A stretch of 63,200 bases of DNA, filler included, from Craspedostauros australis (Eukaryota): assembly GCA_030167865.1 (NCBI GenBank). It is 6 parts of 6 records of this genome, joined end to end, with 100 filler letters (N's around TTAATTAATTAA, not from the genome) between each part and the next. Parts side by side here need not be neighbours in the genome. Positions count along the whole stretch, not along the records: positions 40,745 to 56,770 come from JALAGF010006193.1; 5 more parts are not named here. The stretch is one strand, 5' to 3'. Below, one piece after another: positions 46,875 through 56,870 of the stretch (position 1 is the stretch's first letter; every line of letters starts with the position of its first letter). Made by a program: the position numbers and the translations under genes. The notes under the pieces were generated by a model. The model was not told where the DNA came from and searched no databases. It saw nothing but the letters and a program-made list of their open reading frames with translations.

Positions 46875-47157
46875 TGTCGGAATGTGTGTACTCAGATGTG
46901 TATGCACCAGTCACACTTGCGTGCCAGCAGGAATATTTGTTGGTGCAATCACGACCCAAAATTGATGACATCCCAATGATACCACCACGATACCACAAGG
47001 ACACTACGATACTACAATGCCAGGATACCGCGATACCAGCGGATACCACAGTATCCACCACATGTGATGTCATCTCAAGGCCTTACCTACCAGGTCTACA
47101 GAGAATGAAATATGTTTTAAGTAATCCATCAGATTCCATCAATCATCAGATTCAACA
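46875..47157 (+). repeat. LTR of the element-B family in inverted orientation (283 bp)
   Basis: TGTCGGAATGTGTG...CAGATTCAACA; shares CAGTCACACTTGCG, AATCACGACCCAAAA, GATACCGCGATACCAGCGGATACCACAGTATCCA and CTACCAGGTCTACAG with the 44283-44594 copy. Confidence 0.88.
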
Positions 47158-47407
47158 AAACCTGAGAACGGAACAACAATGAGACAACGAGAGAAAGACG
47201 ACAACGTTGACGATCAAGTCAACATCAACGAGCAACATGAGAGCAATATGCATGGAGGTGCAAGAGTATTGCACCAGCAATGAGAGCAAGGAAGAGATGG
47301 ATCAAGAGAGCATCTTGATCATCTCATTCCACATGCACGCTCATCAACAATCAGTAACAACTACAGTAACAAGTAACAGAAACACTTACAGCCAAAGAGT
47401 GTTACAA

Positions 47408-49474
47408 CTACTGATTCTCTGTGCGCGGAGCCTTCCACCAGCGCCAACAACAGAACCAATTGCGTTGGATGTTGTTGTTGTTGGTGTTGTTGTTGTTACT
47501 TTGGATGTCAATTTTGTTGTTGTTGCGTTGGATGTCGATTTTGTTGTTGTTGCTTTGGATGTTGGTGTCATTGTTGTTGCTTTGGATGTTGATTTTGTTG
47601 TTGTTGCTTTGGATGTTGGTGTTGTTGTTGTTGTGTTGGATGTTGGTATTGTTGTTGTTGCTTTGGATGTCGACTTTGTTGTTGTTGCTTTGGATGTTGA
47701 TTTCGTTGTTGTTGCTTTGGATGTCAATTTTGTTGTTGTTGAGTTGGATGTCAATTTCGTTGTTGTTACTTTGGATGTCGACTTTGTTGTTGTTGCTTTG
47801 GATGTTGATTTTGTTGTTGTTGCTTTGGATGTTGATTTTGTTGTTGTTGCTTTGGATATTGGTGTCATTGTTGTTGCTTTGGATGTCAATTTTGTTGTTG
47901 TTGCTTTGGATGTTGGTGTTGTTGTTGTTGCTTTGGATGTCGACTTTGTTGTTGTTGCGTTGGATGTTGATTTTGTTGTTGTTGCTTTGGATGTCGATGT
48001 TGTTGTTGTTGCGTTGGATGTCATTATTGGCATTGGCTGATGCAACGACGTACTCCACACACTCCAGGTAGCCATTGGAGTGTGCCTCATGAAGGGGAGT
48101 GGAACCAGAGTTGTTTTTGCAGTTGATGTCAGCCCTGCATGATTCGATGAGGTACTTCACACACTCCAGCTTCCCGTTCATGCATGCGAAATGAAGGGGA
48201 GTGTCATCATCGTTGTCTTTGCAGTTGATGTCAGCCCTGCATGATTCGATGAGGTACTTCACACACTCCAGCTGGCCGTTGGAGCATGCGTCATGAAGGG
48301 GAGTGGAACCATTGTCGTCCTTGCAGTTGATGTCAGCCCTGCATGATTCGATGAGGTACTTCACACACTCCAGCTGGCCGGTACCGCATGCCACATGAAG
48401 GGGAGTGGGACCATTGCTGTCTTTGCAGTTGATGTCAGCCCTGCATGATTCGATGAGGTACTTCACACACTCCAGCTGGCCGTTCATGCATGCCACATGA
48501 AGGGGAGTCCAACCACAGTAGTTTTCGCAGTTGATGTCAGCCCTGCATGAGTTGATGAGGTACTTCGCACACTCCAGCTGGCCATCGAAGCATGCGTAAT
48601 GAAGGGGAGTGTTTCCATTGTGGCTTTTGTAGTTGACGTCAGCCCCGCATGATTCGATGAGGTACTTCACACACTCGAGGCGGTTGTTGAAGCATGCCCA
48701 ATGAAGGGGAGTCCAGCCATTGTTGTCTTTGCAGTTGGCGTCAGCCTCACATGATTCAATGAGGTACTTCACACACTCCAGTTCGCCATGCATGCATGCC
48801 CGATGAAGGGGAGTGTTACCATAGTTGTCTTTGCAGTTGATGTCGGCCTCACATGAATCGATGAGGTACTGCACACACTCCAGCTCGCCTTCCATACATG
48901 CCCAATGAAGGGGGGTCCAGCCATTGTTGTCTTTGCAGCTGGAGTCGGCCTCACCTGATTCGATGAGGTACTTCACACACTTCAGGTGGCCGTCATGGCA
49001 TGCCCGATGAAGGGGGGTCCAACCACTGTTGTTTTTGCAGTTGGCGTCGGCCTCACATGATTCGATGAGGTACTTCACACACTCCACTTGGACGTTAAAG
49101 CATGCCCAATGAAGGGGAGTCCAACCATAGTCGTCTTTGCAGTTGGCGTCGGCCTCATATGATTCGATGAGGTACTTCACACACTCCAGGCATCCGTTGA
49201 GGCAATTGTTGTAGCATGTGCCTTGGCATGCACAAACAAGGGGAGTGGCACCACGGTTGTTTTTGTAGTTGATGTTTGCCCCACACGATTCGATGAGGTA
49301 CTTCACACACTCCAGGTGGCCGTACGTGCATGCTTTATGAAGGGGAGTGGTACCACTCGCCTCGAAAGCCTTGTCGACATCAACTCCTTCATTCTGCTTC
49401 TTCCATTCCTTCAACATCGACAAGTCACCTGACCCAGCAGCAATAATGAGGTGTTTGCCTGTAACATTTGGCAT
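47408..49474 (-). CDS. Ankyrin-repeat protein (13 TPL-containing repeats, mostly 34 aa) with a C-terminal Asn-rich 9-aa repeat tail
   Basis: Consensus CKDxxGxTPLHxACxxGxLECVKYLIESCxADxN; intact 688-aa ORF. Confidence 0.92.
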   Translation of the reverse strand: MPNVTGKHLIIAAGSGDLSMLKEWKKQNEGVDVDKAFEASGTTPLHKACTYGHLECVKYLIESCGANINYKNNRGATPLVCACQGTCYNNCLNGCLECVKYLIESYEADANCKDDYGWTPLHWACFNVQVECVKYLIESCEADANCKNNSGWTPLHRACHDGHLKCVKYLIESGEADSSCKDNNGWTPLHWACMEGELECVQYLIDSCEADINCKDNYGNTPLHRACMHGELECVKYLIESCEADANCKDNNGWTPLHWACFNNRLECVKYLIESCGADVNYKSHNGNTPLHYACFDGQLECAKYLINSCRADINCENYCGWTPLHVACMNGQLECVKYLIESCRADINCKDSNGPTPLHVACGTGQLECVKYLIESCRADINCKDDNGSTPLHDACSNGQLECVKYLIESCRADINCKDNDDDTPLHFACMNGKLECVKYLIESCRADINCKNNSGSTPLHEAHSNGYLECVEYVVASANANNDIQRNNNNIDIQSNNNKINIQRNNNKVDIQSNNNNTNIQSNNNKIDIQSNNNDTNIQSNNNKINIQSNNNKINIQSNNNKVDIQSNNNEIDIQLNNNKIDIQSNNNEINIQSNNNKVDIQSNNNNTNIQHNNNNTNIQSNNNKINIQSNNNDTNIQSNNNKIDIQRNNNKIDIQSNNNNTNNNNIQRNWFCCWRWWKAPRTENQ
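47465..48025 (-). repeat. Coding minisatellite, 27-bp unit, about 20 copies ([IVT][DN]IQSNNN[KNDE])
   Basis: Plus-strand unit ~TTGTTGTTGCTTTGGATGTYRAYTTTG repeated in tandem. Confidence 0.95.
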
Positions 49475-49649
49475 TTTGAGAGGTTGCAGGACGATTGGCG
49501 CTGGATTGGCTGTCGAGGAGGTGTGTTGTCTGAGCTATCTGTGGCAGAGATATCGATCGTTTGTCTTCAATAACTTGTTTAATTATGAGTACCATGCAAT
49601 GAGTGGCAATTCGATGTCTGTTGCTGATGTGCTCGAGTATGGGGTTGAG

Positions 49650-49784
49650 TGGTCCTCTCCTTCCCTTGATCGCATGGTCCTCTCCTTCCCTTGATCGCAT
49701 GTTCCTCTCCTTCCCTTGATCGCATGTTCCTCTCCTTCCCTTGATCGCATGGTTCTCTCCTTCTCTTGGTCGCATGGTCCTCTC
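49650..49784. repeat. 25-bp tandem repeat, ~5.4 copies (TGKTCCTCTCCTTCCCTTGATCGCA)
   Basis: Read directly; no spacers; about 175 bp upstream of the ankyrin start codon. Confidence 0.95.
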
Positions 49785-51368
49785 TGGTTCTGGTTTGTGC
49801 GACATCGTTGAAATGAGAGTCTTCGACTGATGCGACTACGATGAAGATCATCGAAAAGATCCATGACTGTTTGGACATCTGTCGAAGCACAACGAATCGG
49901 AGAGATCATTCATCGCGACATGCAGATGATTTGAGTGTTTTCATTGGTCTGAACGATCTTGTGGCTTGAGTCTGCCTCCGACAACTCGGCTCCAGCCACA
50001 ACCAACATCACATCAATTCGAAGCCAGCAACGCGAAAGTCTGCGGAGACAGAGAGAGAGAGAGGGAGATGTCCTTGCCACCACCACCATGTGCGCCATGT
50101 GCACCATGGCCCACACTTGCTTGCGTCATCATGGCATCTGTAAGACCGCTGGCCCTCGTCCGCGTACCATTGCATGCACCAACTTGAGGTGTGAAGCAAT
50201 GCCTCGAACAACAATGAAGCCACTGATGCGACTGCGTTTGTTGGTTGCCTTTGGTGGTTGTGATCCACCTCATTTGGATTTGGCTGGTTGCCATCCCACC
50301 GCATTGCAATCATCACCATCCGTGCGGGCAACAAAAATCCTCAACATCAAACCAACACCACATTGCGTATTGGGATGGGTTGGCACCTTCAACAGTCAAC
50401 ATGCGGAGCGATACTGTGCCACCTGCACTGTTCCTGTTGCATGGACCGCCAACATACAATACCATGCGCGTTCTGTCCAGAGGCACCAGCGCCGCTGTGT
50501 TGGCTCGTGGCTTCCAGAGCATTGATGCTCAACCAAGGCGATTGACAGGAACATCCACCTCACGAACAAAGTCGGGAGCACCACGAAGGAGGACATGTGG
50601 GTGTACGGTGCTTGTGGGCCATGAATTGCTGGCTGTGTGTGTTGGAAATCCGGGGTTATGGTAGTAGACTAATCTGTTATCAATCTGTACCGTTTTAGAA
50701 CTGTGAGAACAAACTCCTTGACTCTTCAATTCCAATTCAGCAGCAAGTGAAATGCATAGCACCTCTCCATGATCATGCACTTGTTCATTGTTGCTTTCAT
50801 CTGCTTCACCATCTTGCTTTCATGCTCTCTTCTGTAGATTCATCGTGCATCATCATTGTCGAGATGTACATGTGAGTATATGTCGAGATATACGTGTATA
50901 TGTGCATCATTCACCCGTTATTCTCTCATACGCACTTGGACGGTATAACTACATTCGTGTCAATAGTATAATGTGATTCGTCAGAATTACAGCGGAAATG
51001 GAACACACGAAAATGAGCAAGATTTCTGGAGGAAATTTGCAATCGACGATTTCTGAGAGAATNNNNNNNNNNNNNNNNNNNNNNNNNNNNNNNNNNNNNN
51101 NNNNNNNNNNNNNNNNNNNNNNNNNNNNNNNNNNNNNNATATCATCTGACAGACTGCTGCATCACCAATGGAACATGACATCTGGAGAGCAGAAGGACGC
51201 CTACTGACGTTGACAGGATGTCATCGTGTCGCCACGTCGACATCTGTCTCCAAGTCAGAGCAGGAGGCGAAGATCCGATGACCGAAGAGGATCAGCATCA
51301 TGGATACTGAAGGTGAACTTCAAATGGTAAGTACTCATGGAGTAGGAGCCAGTACTGAACGAACGGAG

Positions 51369-54300
51369 TGTCGAATACGGAGTACGCATCGAACACGGAG
51401 TATCGTGTAACACGAATACACAACGTTGAGAGAGAGAGAGAGAGAATACAGAGAGGAGCGAGAGAGCATCTCGCGTGCCGACTCATAGTCGGTGACCGAA
51501 TCTACGAAACAGATTGAAGCGCCAAGAGCATCGGGCAAGACAACTGGTGTACACCGAGAGGATTGGAGTAACCAACTAATGAAATAGCAAACAGACGACT
51601 ATCAACCAACACCATCTTCCACGATCGCAGGTTACCGTGAGCGGAACTTGCCAACACGTTTATAAACGATAGATCAGGGCAAGCCCGCGGATCAGATCGT
51701 GCGAGGAAGACGAACATCATTCAGGAGCAGCAGGCTGAATGAGCAAGGAAGAGGAATTGAAAGGCATCCCTCTGTCCAATCCGGCTATCAAGCAAGAAGA
51801 AGGTGCAAGCGAGACTCGACTTCAAGAACAGAAGGAAGCAGCCGCGGCTACTGTCCTATCAGGCGCAGAGGCAAGCGCAATCGACGAGACCGAAGAAGAA
51901 CGGTCTGCAAGACTACATCGCGAGGAGAAGAGCATTCTCAAGGCGAGCAAGAAAGAGGAGACTGGTGCGACGGAGAGCATTCGCACAGCCAAACAGAGTG
52001 GGAAAAGTGAGACACCACCAGGAGGAGAATTTGTGACGAAAACAATCTCCGCGCAACTACGAGCGAAAATCGAAGAATCGACAACACAGAAACAGACGGA
52101 AATCAAGGGCGCGAGCGCACCAACGACGAAACAACGAACCAATATGGCGACATCAGCCAACGTGAACAAGCGACGCATCAAGGCGCCGATGTTCAGCGGT
52201 GAACAAGAAGACTACAGCGCATGAGAGTCCCCAGCGAAGGCATACGCTCGTGCGCAGAAGACGAGAGACATGATGTTGGGCAAGACCAAGGTGCCAACAG
52301 TGAGCGAGATCGCGGCCGCCGCCGGCAATGCCAAAGAAGCGATGGAGGAGATCTACAAACTGGGATGCGATTGCTTCAGCGATCTGATCCTCATGATAGA
52401 TGCAGAGAAAGGAAAAGGCAAGCAAGCCATCCAGTACATCAACCAGTGCGTCTCCGACGACTACCCCGAAGGAGATCCACACACAGCGTGGAACGTTCTC
52501 GCGGAGAAGTTCCGTCCATCCGACGCGGCGACGAAGATCAAACTCAAGCGCCAATTCAACAACAAAAAGATGAAGAGAGACTCGGACCCCGATATCTACA
52601 TCACGCGACTCGAGGGTCTACGATCGCGTCTCCACGATGTCAAGTACGAGATCACAGACGAGGAAATGATCATGCAAATCCTCAGCACGGTGAGCGTGGA
52701 ATACAGAACCCACATCGTGAACTTCCAACATCAACTCACGTTTAATCCGGAACTGGTCACCATCAACACGGTGAGAGGAGTACTCCGTACAGCATACACC
52801 ACTCATCAAGGAGGCAAGGCATACATCGACGACTTCCAAGACAGTAACACGAAGAGCAACGACACCGGCTTCACGAGCACCGGTAACTTCAAGGGAACCT
52901 GTCACAACTGTGGTGTGTATGGTCACAGATCCGCCGATTTCCCAGAACGCAAGAAATCGAACAACAAGAAAAACAACAACAACAACAACAACAAGATGAA
53001 CGGAAAGCGCAACAACAACCGCAACAAAGGAAGCGGCTTCAATGGGAAGTGCAACTACTGTGGCATCTTCGGACACCGCGAGGCGGAGTGCCGAAAGAAG
53101 AAGTTCAACAAGAAGAAGAAGGCCGACGAACAGGCCAACACAGCAACACAAGGACACGACAAGAGCGGGCACGAGATGGTACTCTCAGCAAAGGACATGC
53201 CGCTCTGCATGTTGGTGTCTGACAACTACATTGAAGACTCCTTCTTCGATAACTTCGAGTGCGTCGGGAGTGACGACGAAGTGCAGGACGATGAGATCGT
53301 CCCAGAGTGGCTCAGCGAGGAGCCAATCATCCACGAGGTGGATCCAAGACGCGAAGTGAGCCACGAATGCTGCTTCAACGCGCACGACTTGATTGGTCCA
53401 TACGGCGACGGAGCCGAGATGGGCAACGAGGCCAACGATAGTGACATCGAGGAGGCCATGAGTGAAGAGGCCGACGACGAGATCAACGACAATGATAGAG
53501 GCCAAGACGAAACGAATGGCGGCGCGGCGCCGCCTCCTCCAGCGGCGGGGAACAACAGATCGGGCATCTTCAACGAGGATGACAGCGACGAATCCGAGGA
53601 TGGCAATCATCCAGACGACAGCTTCAATCCAAACGAGCGTGTCGTCTACCCAGGGAACATCGACTTCCCACCAATCGAGGATCCCAACAGGTCCAACTAC
53701 CTCCATCGTCATGACACCGTCCCATATGCAACAGAGACAGCATTGGTAATCCAGAAGCAACTCATCTTCGATGCAGTGATGGAAGCAGGAGTGAGCCTGT
53801 TCCCAGGAATCGAACGAGGAGTACTCAGACCGATATGGGTCAACATGATGGGATCCATCCTATCCGAGAACTTCAGATCGATCGAAGAGATTCTGACCAA
53901 TTCGGTTGTGATCAATCGCATACTGGAAGCAGCCGAGACAGAGACGATCCCAGAGACNGATCTTCATTACATCCTTGGAGGATGTATGCGCGTACTCTTA
54001 CGCGAACGACCACGGGTCCATCCATACGATCCAGCCACAGGATCTCATCGGAACAGTACGATTCCATCGGACTTCGCAGAACTACCAAGCGATGACAACA
54101 TGGACGACGAGGAACATCATAATCCATACAACAAAGATGGAGTTCACGAAGATGACGATGACGGCAGCTTCGACGACGAGATAGCTGCAGCAGCTGTGGA
54201 GCAGCTCCACGAGCTGAGCACCAGATACTAGGACAAGGTCAACAAGGACACCTGGCTCGCCGATAGCGGAGCTTCGTGTCACATCGTCAACTCGGACGCC

Positions 54301-56770
54301 GCTCTCTTCAACGTGCGGCACATCAAGTCCTTCGTCCAAGTGGGAGACAGCACGAAGCTGGACTCTCCCAAAGTGGGATCCATTCACTTGAAGGTCAAGC
54401 AACAAGACAACACTGGCCACATCATCCGGCTCGATGATGTGAAGTACACACCGAAAATGGCGGTGAACCTTTTCTCCACGAACAAGGCTCTGTACAACGG
54501 TTACCAGCTTGGTAACAACGGCATTCTGATGGACATCATCAACGGATCCAGAACAAAGATCGTGTTCGATCGAGTCTTCCCTACATCCAACGGATTCATC
54601 ACGGGAGTGCAGATGCATCCCATCATGCCAACGGACGACGACAAGGCTTGCACAGCCATCATCAAGAATCCGTCGAAGGAGATCAGCGCGACGAACTTAC
54701 ATCGAATGCTTGGCCACGCACCGCTCGAGGCCATGAAGCGGGCAGCCGCCCAATACGGATGGAAGATTATCGGCGAGATGCCGGTATGTCGCGACTGCGC
54801 AGTTGCAAATGCGAGAGTGAAGAACATTCCGAAGGCAACAATCCCGAGAGCAACTCGCCACGGCGAACGTCTCTTCATTGACATTAGTTACACTAAACAC
54901 ATAAGCTTCGGAGATAAACGCTACTGGACCCTGATCGTGGACGACTGCACAGATCACTGCTGGAGTTTCTTTCTCAAGAACAAGAGTGATCAACCAGGAT
55001 ACATCAAACGATTCATCCAGACGATCAAGTCACAGACTGGTGACCACCAGATCATCTTCCGAGGTGACAACAGCGGAGAGAACAAATCCACGGAGGATAT
55101 TCTCATCGATGCAGGACTCAACGTGAAATTCGAATACACGGCATCGAACACGCCGCAACAGAACGGAAGAGTGGAACGCAAGTTCGCGTACCTCTATACC
55201 AAGATCCGCTCCATGCTCAATGGAGCACAGCTCAACGAAGAGTATAGGCATGGCCTGTGGGCAGCAGCTGCGAGCACTGCCACCGCCATCGCCAACATCA
55301 CTGTAGCGAAGAATCAGAAGGAGTCACCACATCGCCAATTCTTCGGCAACGATCCACCACATGCGGATGCACTCCGCACATTTGGAGAGGTAGGTGTTGT
55401 GAAGACTACTTATGGCGGGATCACCTCCAAGCTCAAGAACAGAGGAGAAGAGATGGTGTTCATCGGATATGCACACCAACATGCATCAGGAGTGTATAAC
55501 ATGTACAGACCATCGACCAAATCACTGGTCTGTTCTTGCGACATCAAATGGCTAAATCAATCATATGGACAGTTTCGTGGCTGGGCGCCAGCATCAAACA
55601 TATCCAATAAAGCAGGAACAATAGACGCAGACGGCTTCATAACCATCGGACGGAAGGGAGCAATGCCAAGGACGGCAATGCGTCAAGCATCAGAAACGAA
55701 GAGAGTATCTTTCGCTAACAACAACAGGTACTACATCCTATCAGACAGCGACGATGAGGATGATGAGGACGATGGAGTAGTGACTCAACTAATCCATAAC
55801 AACGAGAAAGATCGGAGCGAATCCAATCATGAGGATGACGAGATCCCACCATCCGGCGACGAAGCCGACAATGACACAGGTGTCACTCCTCCGAACACAC
55901 CAGCGAGGTCTACACATGACACACCATCCAGACCTCCACCAAACAAACCAAGCAAGCATGACATAGCTAGAAAGGAGAGAATCCGACGTCACGAAGCACG
56001 AGGCAGGAAGGGAGAAGCTAATCCCAAGTCAACTGTAGGGAAGAGTATTCCCAGAGCTCTGCGCGAGCTCGCAGACTTCAACGAACGAGGTCGAAAGGAG
56101 GAAGGTTATGAGAGTGAGTCATCATCCAACAAAGATAGTGACAAACTCAGCAACGAGATAACCAACGAATCCAACAACGAAACTACAGATGACGAGGAAG
56201 TCATAGACGAAGAAGAAGAGATCGAGATTACCCACCACAGTACAACTGGACTATAAGGAATGAACGCAATCATCACTGAGACACCAGCGATCGACATTGG
56301 ACTGTCGATGCAGGACGAGAACAAGGAACCAGAGAAGCACATCGAACCAACAACATTCGATGGAGCCTTCAATCACCCAGATCCATCCATCGAAAGGGAT
56401 ATCGAGCAGCCATCAAAAAGGAGTTCGACTCCATGGATACACGCAAGGTGTACAGCAAGATCAAACGAGACGCCATCCCACGCGCCGCAGATGCTGCAAG
56501 TGCAAATGGGTCTTCAAGTTGAAACGCGATGGCACACATCGAGCGCGGCTCGTTGCATGTGGCTATTCACAAGTCGCAGGAGTAGACTTCCAAGAGCATT
56601 ACTCACCCGTCATCCATGACGTGACCTATCGGGTCATGATGGTGATCATGCTAATCAAGAAGATGGACTGCGCACTCGTCGATGTTGTAACGGCATTCCT
56701 ACATGGAGACCTTGACGAGGAGATCTACATGAACTGTCCCAACGGGATGGATCATCAACCAGACGAAGCC
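51369..56770 (+). mobile_element. Defective Ty1/Copia element C (same lineage as B): gag, protease, integrase, start of RT; LTR bounds uncertain
   Basis: Gag W..L.EKF..DPDIYITRLE with two knuckles (one Cys-to-Phe); WLADSGASCH; LHRMLGH..CRDC; FIDIS..RGDNSGE..PQQNGRVER; CKWVFKLKRDG..ARLVACGYSQ. Lesions: frameshift ~52220, TAG 54229, TAA 56254, frameshifts ~56390-56490. Candidate LTR TGTCG..CCAACA 51369-51656. Confidence 0.9.
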
Positions 56771-56814
56771 NNNNNNNNNNNNNNNNNNNNNNNNNNNNNN
56801 NNNNNNNNNNNNNN

Positions 56815-56826
56815 TTAATTAATTAA
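56815..56826. other. Artificial scaffold-joining spacer TTAATTAATTAA
   Basis: Same 12-mer inside N runs. Confidence 0.95.
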
Positions 56827-56870
56827 NNNNNNNNNNNNNNNNNNNNNNNNNNNNNNNNNNNNNNNNNNNN

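Noticed and set aside
47207..48090. Long poly-Val/Leu ORFs (47207-48040, 47421-48071) and a poly-Thr ORF (47386-48090)
   Set aside because: These are alternative and antisense frames of the stop-free 27-bp minisatellite; the ankyrin frame explains the region.
49650..49784. 25-bp repeats as a CRISPR array
   Set aside because: Units are head-to-tail with no spacers, no cas genes are present, and the context is eukaryotic.
49900..51200. Short ORFs between the ankyrin gene and element C
   Set aside because: Interrupted and without motifs; possibly a decayed repeat, but nothing can be supported.
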